Assembly (NCBI GenBank): GCA_964649745.1
Contig: CAZYQI010000013.1
Location: 12,906-76,905 of the forward strand
Direction of reading: 5' to 3'
Source: an uncultured Peptostreptococcaceae bacterium
Lineage (GTDB): Bacteria; Bacillota; Clostridia; Peptostreptococcales; Acidaminobacteraceae
Length of the DNA stretch: 64,000 bases
Both the position numbers and the translations under genes were made by a program. The notes under the pieces are model-generated. The model did not search any database. It was not told the origin of the DNA and saw only the letters and a list, made by a program, of their open reading frames with translations. Shown here piece after piece: positions 9,219-19,347 of this stretch (position 1 is the stretch's first letter; each line of letters opens with the position of its first letter).

Positions 9219-10202
9219 ATGAAGGTCCACATATCTAAAGATATTTTTCAGGAATATTCACATATACGCGAGCAGGCCCAGCTTGAGCTGGAACATCGAA
9301 CCAACGAGGTGTATAATCAGATTCCAAGAATCGCTGAGATTGACCGACAGCTTGCTCATGTAAGTATGGATATCGCCCGCTGGATATTGAAACACCCTGA
9401 AGATTCCCAGAAGGGTTCCGTAGAAATCCGCACGACATTTGAGGCACTTCAAAAGGAACGCTCTGCGCTCCTTGCGTCACGGGGACTGAGCAATAAGTTT
9501 CTTGAATTAACCTACACCTGCCCCCATTGCCGCGATACAGGATACACCACCGGCCGATCGATTTGCCGTTGTTTGAGACAAAAACTGATCGATCGGGCCT
9601 TTCGAAATGCAAACCTTGGAACGGCCCTTAAAAATCAGCATTTTGGAACGTTTGATATTGATTTGTTTTCAACCAACCCGGTTCCGGGTAAAGATCGAAG
9701 CCCTAAAGAGAACATGCGGCTTATTGAAAAAACGGCACATGAGTTCATTGATAACTTTGAATCCCCCTCAACTCAAAGCTTGATTTTCTACGGCGGAACC
9801 GGCCAGGGGAAAACTTTTCTTTGCAGTTGTATCGCCCGCTCTCTTTTGGAAAATGGCTACTCTGTGCTCTATCAAACCGCCTTTCGAATATCTGAAGTCA
9901 TGAGTACCTATAAATTTGGAAACCAAAGTGACATTGATGCCGAAACGTCGTATCGCTTAATCTACGAGTGTGATCTGCTGATCATTGATGATCTGGGAAC
10001 TGAAATGACCAACACCTTTACAAATGTTGAGTTCTTCAACATTTTGAATTCAAGGCTGATGAATCAAAAGAAAATGATTTTCTCAACCAATCTGGCCCCC
10101 ATCGAGTGGATACGGACATACGGCGATCGCGTCTCTTCCCGTTTAATGAGCCAATTCAATTCAAAAGAATTCTATGGCAACGACCTGAGGTTTAAGAAAT
10201 AA
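9219..10202 (+). CDS. dnaI: DnaI/DnaC-like AAA+ helicase loader
   Basis: ATG at 9219 (MKVHISKD...) has GGAGG 5 nt upstream; the track start is 9192. Zn-binding CPHCRDTGY...CRC. Walker A is GGTGQGKTFL and Walker B is LLIIDDLG. Confidence 0.8.
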   Translation: MKVHISKDIFQEYSHIREQAQLELEHRTNEVYNQIPRIAEIDRQLAHVSMDIARWILKHPEDSQKGSVEIRTTFEALQKERSALLASRGLSNKFLELTYTCPHCRDTGYTTGRSICRCLRQKLIDRAFRNANLGTALKNQHFGTFDIDLFSTNPVPGKDRSPKENMRLIEKTAHEFIDNFESPSTQSLIFYGGTGQGKTFLCSCIARSLLENGYSVLYQTAFRISEVMSTYKFGNQSDIDAETSYRLIYECDLLIIDDLGTEMTNTFTNVEFFNILNSRLMNQKKMIFSTNLAPIEWIRTYGDRVSSRLMSQFNSKEFYGNDLRFKK

Positions 10203-10203
10203 C

Positions 10204-10256
10204 AAAAACGGCAGTCACGATCGGCGGGAACCCCGGTGATCATGACTGCCGTTTTT
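10204..10256. terminator. Bidirectional rho-independent terminator between dnaI-like (+) and purA (-)
   Basis: AAAAACGGCAGTCA ... TGACTGCCGTTTTT: a 14-nt perfect stem flanked by A and T tracts. Confidence 0.8.
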
Positions 10257-10276
10257 CTATCTTCGCGTTTCTCAAT

Positions 10277-11587
<1,311 letters not shown>

Positions 11588-11622
11588 TTAAGATTCATAA
11601 AACGACACAAAAGAACAGTACA

Positions 11623-11651
11623 AGTCTATCAGGTTTACAGGGGCCAGTCAA
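11623..11651 (-). promoter_or_regulatory. Putative sigma-A promoter of purA
   Basis: Minus strand reads TTGACT-17 nt-TAGACT, about 60 nt upstream of the purA ATG. Confidence 0.5.
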
Positions 11652-11667
11652 TGTAAAGGCCTTGTTC

Positions 11668-12216
11668 TCATATCAGCCCCGCCCTTCTCAGGACTGGAAC
11701 GATTTTCATGGCACTGAGGGCAACCAGAACGCTCATTATGAGGTCCTGAACAATGAACGGGGTGAAGCCTGCCGCCACCGCCGCTGAAAACGGCATATTT
11801 TTTCCCATATAAAAGTTCAGAATAGCGTAAAGATAGGGAACTCCAATGGCATACAGAACCGTCAGCCCTGCCAGCACGGGGCAAAGCAGACCGGCAAAGC
11901 TCAATGAGCGGTTCTTTTCCACCAGCCACCCGATAATTCCTGCACAGAAAATGAATCCTATCAGATATCCGAAGGTAGGCTGCAGAACATAGGCCGGCCC
12001 TCCTCCCTTGGTGAATACCGGAAGTCCTATAAGGCCGATGCCCACATACAGGACCTGTGAGTAAAGGCCCTTTCGGAAGCCCAGCAGCACACCGCTGTAC
12101 GCACAAAACAGGAATTGCAGAGTGAACGGTACGAAGGGGGTTTCAATCTTAATGAATGCCCCGATGGCTGTCAGAGCTGCAAACATGGCAATTAAAATCA
12201 TATCTCTCGGTTTCAT
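11668..12216 (-). CDS. bioY: Biotin transporter BioY (ECF S-component)
   Basis: ATG at 12216 (MKPRDMILIAMFAALTAIGAFIKIETPFVPFTLQ...) has GGAGG upstream. It is a multi-TM protein. The longer track ORF would read through the operator. Confidence 0.85.
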   Translation of the reverse strand: MKPRDMILIAMFAALTAIGAFIKIETPFVPFTLQFLFCAYSGVLLGFRKGLYSQVLYVGIGLIGLPVFTKGGGPAYVLQPTFGYLIGFIFCAGIIGWLVEKNRSLSFAGLLCPVLAGLTVLYAIGVPYLYAILNFYMGKNMPFSAAVAAGFTPFIVQDLIMSVLVALSAMKIVPVLRRAGLI

Positions 12217-12260
12217 ATGGTCCTCCAGAGTTGTTTTTTCCAGATTACCCAATTCACCCT

Positions 12261-12298
12261 CGATTGTCAACCTTAATGTTTTGATTGGTTGACAATCG
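12261..12298. promoter_or_regulatory. BirA operator (bioO) inverted repeat
   Basis: CGATTGTCAACC-N14-GGTTGACAATCG has perfect 12-nt arms. It matches the Firmicutes BirA site pattern TGTnAACC-N14-GGTTnACA and lies 45 nt upstream of bioY. Confidence 0.8.
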
Positions 12299-12303
12299 TG
12301 CCG

Positions 12304-12327
12304 ATAAAACAGCCTCCCTGGGGAGGC
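12304..12327 (-). terminator. Rho-independent terminator after the DUF1858 gene
   Basis: Minus strand reads GCCTCCCCAGGGAGGC followed by TGTTTTAT, directly after the stop at 12335. Confidence 0.7.
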
Positions 12328-12334
12328 CGCATCA

Positions 12335-12541
12335 TTATGCTTTGTTCTGAGCCAAATAGGCATTCAAATCATTGATCAGGGCATCTGCATCAATGCCATG
12401 AACAGAGGCAGCATCGGCAATGGTTTCCATATTGGCTGCGGCACAGCCCAGGCAGTGAAGCCCGTGACTCATGAAAATCGGAGCAAGAGCCCGGTCTTTC
12501 ATCAGTACGTCGGCAATGATCATATCTTTCGTTACTTCCAT
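12335..12541 (-). CDS. DUF1858-type small protein (hybrid-cluster-protein-associated redox domain)
   Basis: 68 aa, MEVTKDMIIADVLMKDRALAPIFMSHGLHCLGCAAANMETIADAASVHGID. GGAGGA RBS. Confidence 0.7.
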   Translation of the reverse strand: MEVTKDMIIADVLMKDRALAPIFMSHGLHCLGCAAANMETIADAASVHGIDADALINDLNAYLAQNKA

Positions 12542-12609
12542 GGTATCCTCCAGTAAGTTCTGCAGTGACTTCCTTTTTATTATACCCTGTTGGCTGGACA
12601 GGGCAACTC

Positions 12610-13197
12610 TTATTTACCGTGCAGGGATTCGTAGCGCTCCCTTGTCAGGCGCATCAGATGAAATCTGGCTGTGAGCACCGATCCCGCCATTTTGAAATCC
12701 TCCGGATGGTTCAGGATCAGATCGAAATTACGGCCCTGTTCCTCAAACGGTTCCTCACGGATGCCATACTCCACAAACCCAACCTTTTCATAGGCCTTTT
12801 GAGCTCTGCAATTGAATGACGCAACCCGGAGTCGGAGTTCCTTCATGTTTTTATCATAAAAGAATAGTCGAAGGAATGCCACCATCGAAGCCGTACCATA
12901 CCCTTCGCTCAACCGGGCGGGATCAAATACGATGCCAAGCTCTGCACGCCTCCATATGCGCCGGATGTGCTTCACAGTCAAATACCCCAATAGAGTATCC
13001 TTTTCATCTTTTGCAACATATACCCAGCGGAAGAAGGGCACTTTTTTTGCATGGTACCAGTCTATCAGCTGATCTTCCGGTATATCCGGGAAATTATAGT
13101 GCAGAAACCGAAGATCCTGATGATGGCCCCATTCCAGGAATCCTGGCATATCCTCAGGCCTCAGTTCCCTTACCGTCACATTCTTTCCGTTTATCAC
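12610..13197 (-). CDS. GNAT family N-acetyltransferase
   Basis: 195 aa with a GTG start. The pattern is typical of Acetyltransf_3 / RimJ-like proteins (LGIVFDPARLSEGYGTASMVAFLRLFF...AQKAYEKVGF). Confidence 0.7.
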   Translation of the reverse strand: MINGKNVTVRELRPEDMPGFLEWGHHQDLRFLHYNFPDIPEDQLIDWYHAKKVPFFRWVYVAKDEKDTLLGYLTVKHIRRIWRRAELGIVFDPARLSEGYGTASMVAFLRLFFYDKNMKELRLRVASFNCRAQKAYEKVGFVEYGIREEPFEEQGRNFDLILNHPEDFKMAGSVLTARFHLMRLTRERYESLHGK

Positions 13198-13208
13198 AGA
13201 ACTACCCC

Positions 13209-14537
13209 TTAACCGTGATGCCGATCAAGATTGGCGAATTTCGTATACTGACCCAGCCATGCCAGATCGATGGTTCCCGTTTCACCGTTACGCTGCTTGG
13301 CAATAATGACTTCGCCAATACTCTTTTTTTCTGAATCCGGAAAATAGTACTCGTCCCGATAGAGGAACATCACGATATCGGCATCCTGCTCAATAGCTCC
13401 GGATTCACGAAGGTCTGAGAGAATGGGCCGATGATCGGCCCGTAGCTCCGGTGCCCGGGAAAGCTGCGAAAGGGCAATGACAGGACAATCCATCTCCCTG
13501 GCCAAGGCCTTCAGGTTTCGGGATATCTGTGAAATTTCCTGTTGACGGCTCTCTACCTTAGCGCCGCCGGACATGAGCTGAAGGTAGTCGATCATAATCA
13601 GATTAAGTCCTTTTTCCATTTTCAGCCGTCGGCATTTGGCCCGCATCTCGGTAACCGTGATGGCAGGGGTATCATCAATATAGACACCGGCCTTGGACAG
13701 GGGGCCCATGGCGTTCACCAGCTTGGGCCAGTCGTCGGTTTCCAGTTTTCCTGTCCGGAGGTTTTGAATGGGTATGTGGGCTTCGGCACTGAGCATCCGT
13801 TGAACCAGTTGCTCCTTGGACATCTCCAGGCTGAAGATTGCTACGGTTGCCCCGCTTTGCATGGCGGCATTCTGGCAAACGTTAATGGCAAAGGCGGTTT
13901 TCCCCATGGAAGGGCGGGCAGCGATGAGAATTAAGTCGGAGCGCTGGAGACCTGCCGTTTTTCTATCTATATCTGTAAAACCTGATGATAGCCCGGTGGT
14001 GGCGCTACCGGTCATATAGAGCTTTTCGATCTGATCGAAGGTGTTCATCAGAACCCCTTGTATCTGAACAAATCCATCCTTCGCCCTCTTTTGGGAAATG
14101 TCAAAAATCCGGCTCTCGGCGAGATCCAGCAGGGATATGGGATCTTCCGCACCGTAGCCTTTTTCAACAATTTCAGAAGAGGCACGGATAAGACGTCTCA
14201 AAATAGATTTTTCTTCAACGATCTTGGCATAATAACGGGCATTCGTTGCCGCCGCCCCCGCCGAGGTGAGATCGCTGAGATACCCGATACCGCCGATTCT
14301 GGCCAAAACCCCCTTGGCTTCAAGGCCATTGGAGAGGGTGATCAGGTCAACGGGTTCATTGACATTATACAGGTCGATAATGGCCTCAAATATTTCCCGA
14401 TGGGCTTCTTTATAGAAATCCTCAGGCTTAACTATTTCCGAGCCGTCTCCGATGGCATCCTTGTCAAGGATCATCGCGCCCAGCAGGGACTGTTCAGCTT
14501 CAAGGTTGTGGGGAGGTGTGCGGCTGATCCGCTCCAT
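13209..14537 (-). CDS. dnaB: Replicative DNA helicase (DnaB family; DnaC in Bacillus nomenclature)
   Basis: 442 aa, PPHNLEAEQSLLGAMIL. Walker A is ARPSMGKTAF. Further motifs are IDYLQLM and SQLSR. Confidence 0.97.
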   Translation of the reverse strand: MERISRTPPHNLEAEQSLLGAMILDKDAIGDGSEIVKPEDFYKEAHREIFEAIIDLYNVNEPVDLITLSNGLEAKGVLARIGGIGYLSDLTSAGAAATNARYYAKIVEEKSILRRLIRASSEIVEKGYGAEDPISLLDLAESRIFDISQKRAKDGFVQIQGVLMNTFDQIEKLYMTGSATTGLSSGFTDIDRKTAGLQRSDLILIAARPSMGKTAFAINVCQNAAMQSGATVAIFSLEMSKEQLVQRMLSAEAHIPIQNLRTGKLETDDWPKLVNAMGPLSKAGVYIDDTPAITVTEMRAKCRRLKMEKGLNLIMIDYLQLMSGGAKVESRQQEISQISRNLKALAREMDCPVIALSQLSRAPELRADHRPILSDLRESGAIEQDADIVMFLYRDEYYFPDSEKKSIGEVIIAKQRNGETGTIDLAWLGQYTKFANLDRHHG

Positions 14538-16704
14538 GAGTGGCTTCCTTTCTGAAATACCGGTGTCTGATCAATGAATCATAGCTGTTGAAGAGGGTAA
14601 GGGAACCATAGCGGCAATAAAGGTACCTCAGGGTTCCACGCCGTTCCCTGTATTCCCTCCACGCTTCTTCCAGAAGTTCCCGGAAAATGTCCGACTCCAT
14701 TACTTCTCTTCCGTATAGCAGCCGATTCGTATCTTTTATTATATCATGGGAGCTCAGAGCACTGAATGGAAAATTTGATGCAGCAACACGCAGTTTTTCT
14801 GCCGGGGTTTTAAGACCTTTAATTTCCGGCAGGAGCAGGGTTAAAACGGAAAGCAACCCATAAAGCATCCATAAGGAGGCGGCCGGTCCCGTGGTTCCCT
14901 TTCCCCAGCAATACTCCACCCACGCCATCCGGATTGCCCCCAGGATCAATACCAGGATTAATCCGGTCAACAGTGCTGCGGGTATTGGGGAGATAGCCGC
15001 AGAATCCTTTTCCCGCCCACTCTCACGAATACCTGCTGCCGGTTGCTCCGCCTGTTTTTGCTGGAAGGCTATCGAATGATCCGCCCTATCAACGGAACCG
15101 TTCCCAAAAACAGGCGTTGGCTCATATTGAACCCAGCCCGCCTCTGGAAGATAGGCTTCAACCCAGGCGTGGGCACGATCACTGGTGATGGTATAGGTTT
15201 GTCTGCCGGCGGATTCGCTGGGAAGCAGATAACCCTCCACATAGCGTGTCGGAACTCCGACAATTCGGCCCATGACGGCCAGAGCCGTTGAAAAATAGGT
15301 GCAGTACCCCTCCCTGCTTCCCATCACGAACTGCTCAACGAAGTCCCTTTCCGCCGACGGTTCTTCCACATCCAGCCGATAGATGCCCGTGGCTCTGAGC
15401 CACGCCGTGAGCCTCGCCATTTTCTCAGCATCTGTACCCTTCCCGGCTATTTCAATCGTTTTTTCCTTGAGGGTAGAAGAAAGCTCCGGCAGCTGAAGAT
15501 AGATATCGCTTTCCATTAAGGGATGCTTTTCCGCTGCCTTGTAAAAACCTTCAACACGATAGGTGGTTTGTTGATCCGGAAACCACTGGAATCCCAGCCT
15601 GAAAAGGCCGTCTCTTCCCTCAAGGACACTCCGCTTCTCAGACGTAACCGAATCCGCATGCAGAGGGGTAAAAACCGTAAGATCTCTGTTGTCGAAGGGG
15701 TGTATGGTCATTATAAAGGGTTCTGTTCCCTTAAGTTTCCCGTGATCCGTTATGGGAGCCAGGCTTATGGGATCTGCTTCCCATGTCTGCCCTGTGTAAT
15801 TGATCTTCACCATCCCTCTGAGATAGAGACCCGGACGGGATGTACGAACCTGCATCACCGGTTTCCTGTCAAGGGTTACGGGCCCTCCCAATCGATTGCG
15901 CAGAGGATACCATTGGGTGTTTTCCAGCGTAAAACCTGTTTGACCATGTTTCGTGTATTCGTTTCGGAATACCTCTTGGACAGGAATCCGTCCCCCCACC
16001 CAGCGGTTTACGGCTTCCAATGGGAAAAGGGCGCTCATCACCCCAGAGGCGAAAAATACCCCTGCCGTGACGAGAAGTGCCACTATCAGCCGCCTCTTGT
16101 ACCCGCCTTCCACCGAGAAAGCTCCTATCCCCGGAGCACCTTCCATGGCCGCAGCAAAACACCATGCCAATGCCAGAAGCATCAGGGGTCCGTCCAGTTC
16201 CGGAACGTACATGTTCCAGCGGATGCATCCATATACCATGACAGCGCCCAATATAACATTCCGACGACTCCACTGCCTGATCCACAGAAACATCACCGCA
16301 CAGATGCAACCTATTCCGTTAGCAACAACTCCCTGCAGGGGGATCGGCAAAACCTCTCGGGACCCTGCAAGATATTCCCCTATGGGATGCATAAGGCTCT
16401 GAAGGGTGGCCATTCCTGTATCCGGCGATTGTGATATGGCTTCAATCACGTTGGGAGCCGCTATTCCCCCCAAAAACAGAACCAGTATGCCGGTGCTTAT
16501 TAAAGCCCCCTTGGCCGGAGCCATTTTTGACTTCAGAAAATGTGTCAACCCAAAGGCCATAAAGAATCCCAGAGACCATGCCCACGGGGTTATCCCGGGC
16601 TCTGCCAGGCATGCCCCTCGGATCAGCAGCTGGGAAACTGCCAAAACCATGAAAAACCCGGCCACTTCCCAGGGGACGCTTTCCCTCTCGCATTTTTGCT
16701 CCAT
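14500..16704 (-). CDS. Multi-pass membrane transglutaminase-like protein (TGase core plus C-terminal TM/DUF4129-like tail)
   Basis: ATG at 16704 (MEQKCERE...) has GGAGG 5 nt upstream; the track start is 16776. TGase core is GYCTYFSTALAVMGRIVGVPTRYVEGY...DRAHAWVEAY. The 3' end overlaps the dnaB start by 38 nt. Confidence 0.8.
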   Translation of the reverse strand: MEQKCERESVPWEVAGFFMVLAVSQLLIRGACLAEPGITPWAWSLGFFMAFGLTHFLKSKMAPAKGALISTGILVLFLGGIAAPNVIEAISQSPDTGMATLQSLMHPIGEYLAGSREVLPIPLQGVVANGIGCICAVMFLWIRQWSRRNVILGAVMVYGCIRWNMYVPELDGPLMLLALAWCFAAAMEGAPGIGAFSVEGGYKRRLIVALLVTAGVFFASGVMSALFPLEAVNRWVGGRIPVQEVFRNEYTKHGQTGFTLENTQWYPLRNRLGGPVTLDRKPVMQVRTSRPGLYLRGMVKINYTGQTWEADPISLAPITDHGKLKGTEPFIMTIHPFDNRDLTVFTPLHADSVTSEKRSVLEGRDGLFRLGFQWFPDQQTTYRVEGFYKAAEKHPLMESDIYLQLPELSSTLKEKTIEIAGKGTDAEKMARLTAWLRATGIYRLDVEEPSAERDFVEQFVMGSREGYCTYFSTALAVMGRIVGVPTRYVEGYLLPSESAGRQTYTITSDRAHAWVEAYLPEAGWVQYEPTPVFGNGSVDRADHSIAFQQKQAEQPAAGIRESGREKDSAAISPIPAALLTGLILVLILGAIRMAWVEYCWGKGTTGPAASLWMLYGLLSVLTLLLPEIKGLKTPAEKLRVAASNFPFSALSSHDIIKDTNRLLYGREVMESDIFRELLEEAWREYRERRGTLRYLYCRYGSLTLFNSYDSLIRHRYFRKEATHGADQPHTSPQP

Positions 16705-16720
16705 TCCGTCCTCCACCAGG

Positions 16721-17833
16721 TTATACGGGAATTTCCACGATCTCCACGTCTTCGGAAATCCCCTTGTTTTGACCACCGACCCAAAATACGGACAGCCTCA
16801 CCCCAAAGCTCTTCTGTATTGAAATGGCCTCCGGCACATCGATTTCCGGCGTTATAACCTGAAGCACGGAGGCGCCATGCCTTCCTTTCATAAGACTATC
16901 CGCCGTGTAAAAGAGCCCTTCAATCCCTTTTGGCCGAAAGATCATAAGCGCTCGCATGGCAGCCTCCATAGACGGGATGCCGTTGAGCTTCAATACATCT
17001 CCCCCCGCAACAACCTCCACCGAATATCCCTTTCCAAGCCAGTGGCTGATAAGGCCTGCAGCAACCTCTACGCAGCGTTCTTCCACTCTGCCGTCATCAT
17101 CACCGAGGTATTTATCTGCACAGCTGTCTAGCAGAATGGTGATTCCAAGGCGCGGTCTTGTTTCATATTCCCGGATCAAAAGCTCTTCACTTCGGGCACT
17201 GGCTTTCCAATGCACATGACGCACGGATTCCTGAGGGAACGCCTCTCGAATCCTTCGTATGCTTGCGTAATCCTGTTCTGCTGTCCAATTGCACCGGACC
17301 CCTCCGCCCTCCTCACGGCCGGAGACCAGAAGGGATTCCACCGGATATTTATGAGGAAAGATCTCTACCGTCACCTGCTTATCGAATTGTTTTCTTTGTT
17401 GCATAACACCCAGGGGATCCGAAATGATTACGGTTGCCCCTCCAACAGAGTATACCCCCCGTCGCGGGCATTGGAAGGCCTTCCGGAACACCTTAATCTC
17501 GCTGATTGAAAACCCTGCAGTCTCTCCTTCGAACGCCAATGAACCCAGTTCCTTCTCCAGATGCACGGAAATCCGACAATAGGGAATTGGCAGCAGGGCG
17601 TTATTTGCAAAGATGTAGGTGATTTCAAAGTCTTCTCCGCTTTTACCTCCCTGCGCACGAAGCTCTACTGAGCAAGACAGGTTTGCTGACCAGTACACGA
17701 GTAAAAGAAACAACAATGCCCACAGGCTGCCCCATGCGAACGTGAGCCTCCACGCCAGCTGAGAACCTGTACACAGTGCCCATACAAGGAACAGCACGCC
17801 GCTGCCCCTCATTATCCTAGCGTTGAGATTCAT
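16721..17833 (-). CDS. DUF58 domain protein (VWA-like; partner of MoxR ATPases)
   Basis: 370 aa with two N-terminal TM segments. The DUF58-like core contains DYASIRRIREAFPQESVRHVHWKASARSEELLIREYE. It overlaps the moxR stop by 17 nt. Confidence 0.75.
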   Translation of the reverse strand: MNLNARIMRGSGVLFLVWALCTGSQLAWRLTFAWGSLWALLFLLLVYWSANLSCSVELRAQGGKSGEDFEITYIFANNALLPIPYCRISVHLEKELGSLAFEGETAGFSISEIKVFRKAFQCPRRGVYSVGGATVIISDPLGVMQQRKQFDKQVTVEIFPHKYPVESLLVSGREEGGGVRCNWTAEQDYASIRRIREAFPQESVRHVHWKASARSEELLIREYETRPRLGITILLDSCADKYLGDDDGRVEERCVEVAAGLISHWLGKGYSVEVVAGGDVLKLNGIPSMEAAMRALMIFRPKGIEGLFYTADSLMKGRHGASVLQVITPEIDVPEAISIQKSFGVRLSVFWVGGQNKGISEDVEIVEIPV

Positions 17834-18758
17834 GTGGGTTCACCCTGGGAACGGGCAAAAGATTTACGATTTCTGTAAGCACCTTTGAGGAGGTTTCCCC
17901 CCGATACCGTCCACCGGGACTTATCATCGTGCGATGCCCCAAAACCGGTAAAACCAGCTTTTGAATGTCCTCCGGCTGGACCCACTCTCTTTCCGCAATA
18001 TAAGCCCATGCCTTGGCTGCTCGGTAAAGCGCAATGGTTCCCCGGGGGCTTACCCCAAGGCTTACCGCCTCATGGGTCCGGGTTGTCCGAACGATCTCTG
18101 CAATATAGCGTTCCAGTTCCGGGCTGATGTAAACCTTCTCTGTTTCACTCTGCAGAGCCTTCAGGGTATTGACATTGAGTATCGGCTGTGGAAATGCCAC
18201 ATTCCCTCCCCTGCGGTGACGTATTACGTTCAGCTCCGCAGAGGTGTCCACGGGATAGCCAATGGATATCCGCATAAGGAATCGGTCCAGCTGTGCTTCG
18301 GGTAGAGGAAAGGTGCCTTCGAACTCCACAGGGTTTTGGGTGGCAATGACCCAAAAGGGGGTGTCCATGAGATAGGTTGATCCCTCAATGGTGACCTGTT
18401 TCTCCTCCATCGCCTCCAAGAGACTTGATTGGGTTTTAGGCGTGGCACGGTTGATTTCATCTGCCAGAATAATCTGGTGGTGGATAGGCCCTTTTCTGAA
18501 CACCATCTCCCCCTTTACCCGGTCCAGCCAGCTATAGCCCAGTATATCCGCGGGCAAAAGGTCCGAGGTACATTGAATTCGACTGAACGTACAACTGAAA
18601 ACGGAGGCCATGGCCCTTGCCAGGGTTGTCTTGCCCACACCCGGCACATCTTCAATCAGCACATGCCCCTCGCAGAGCAGAGCCGTCACCATGAGCTTCA
18701 GGACATCCCGAGGGCCCACAAACTGCTTTTCCAGTTCTTCAATCACCTGCTTGACCAT
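17817..18758 (-). CDS. MoxR-family AAA+ ATPase
   Basis: 313 aa. Walker A is EDVPGVGKTTLARA and Walker B is ILADEINRATPKTQSSLLEAMEE. ATQNP is also present. Confidence 0.9.
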   Translation of the reverse strand: MVKQVIEELEKQFVGPRDVLKLMVTALLCEGHVLIEDVPGVGKTTLARAMASVFSCTFSRIQCTSDLLPADILGYSWLDRVKGEMVFRKGPIHHQIILADEINRATPKTQSSLLEAMEEKQVTIEGSTYLMDTPFWVIATQNPVEFEGTFPLPEAQLDRFLMRISIGYPVDTSAELNVIRHRRGGNVAFPQPILNVNTLKALQSETEKVYISPELERYIAEIVRTTRTHEAVSLGVSPRGTIALYRAAKAWAYIAEREWVQPEDIQKLVLPVLGHRTMISPGGRYRGETSSKVLTEIVNLLPVPRVNPHESQR

Positions 18759-18843
18759 ATCCTCACCTCGTTGTCAGACTATTCACTATCTTAATTATGG
18801 CACGGGGCCCGCCGGGGGGGCTTTAAGATTTCGTAATCCTTTA

Positions 18844-18894
18844 CAAAAAATACAAACCGCAGTCTCCTCTTTGAGAATCTGCGGTTTGTATTTT
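18844..18894 (-). terminator. Rho-independent terminator after rplI
   Basis: AAAATACAAACCGCAG ... CTGCGGTTTGTATTTT (16-nt stem), followed by a T-tract on the minus strand. Confidence 0.8.
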
Positions 18895-18896
18895 GA

Positions 18897-19343
18897 TTAT
18901 TCAACTGTGACATTGATTTTAAGTTTGCAGGAAACTCCGGGGTAAAGCTTGATTTCGACAACCTTCTCACCCTTGTCCTTAATAGCGTGCTCCAGTTGGA
19001 TTTTCCGCTTATCCAGGACCACTCCATGTTGTTTTTCCAACCCTTCCGCAATATCCTTGGAAGTCAGGGAGCCGAACAACTTGCCGCCCTCTCCACCCTT
19101 GCCCTTCAGCTCCACGGTAAGGGTCTCGATGTGGCGCCCCTGGGCCCTGGCTTCTTCCAGCTCCTTGGATTTCCGATCGTCCATGGCCGCCTTTATGTGG
19201 GCCTGTTCACGGATGGTGGAATCCGTTGCCGGCTTCGCCAACCCCTTCGGCATCAGAAAATTGCGGCCATGGCCGTCGCTCACTTCCAGGACATCTCCCT
19301 TTTTTCCGGTTCCCTTTACATCCTTTAAAAGAATCACTTTCAT
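18897..19343 (-). CDS. rplI: 50S ribosomal protein L9
   Basis: ATG at 19343 (MKVILLKDVKGTGKKGDVLEVSDGHGRNFLMPKGLA) with AAGGAGA RBS. The track ORF is extended upstream. Confidence 0.95.
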   Translation of the reverse strand: MKVILLKDVKGTGKKGDVLEVSDGHGRNFLMPKGLAKPATDSTIREQAHIKAAMDDRKSKELEEARAQGRHIETLTVELKGKGGEGGKLFGSLTSKDIAEGLEKQHGVVLDKRKIQLEHAIKDKGEKVVEIKLYPGVSCKLKINVTVE

Positions 19344-19347
19344 TTTG

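Noticed and set aside
15523-16434. A 303-aa plus-strand ORF and neighbouring ORFs of about 150 aa.
   Set aside because: They are antisense to the transglutaminase gene. The products are Pro/His/Arg-rich and have no RBS.
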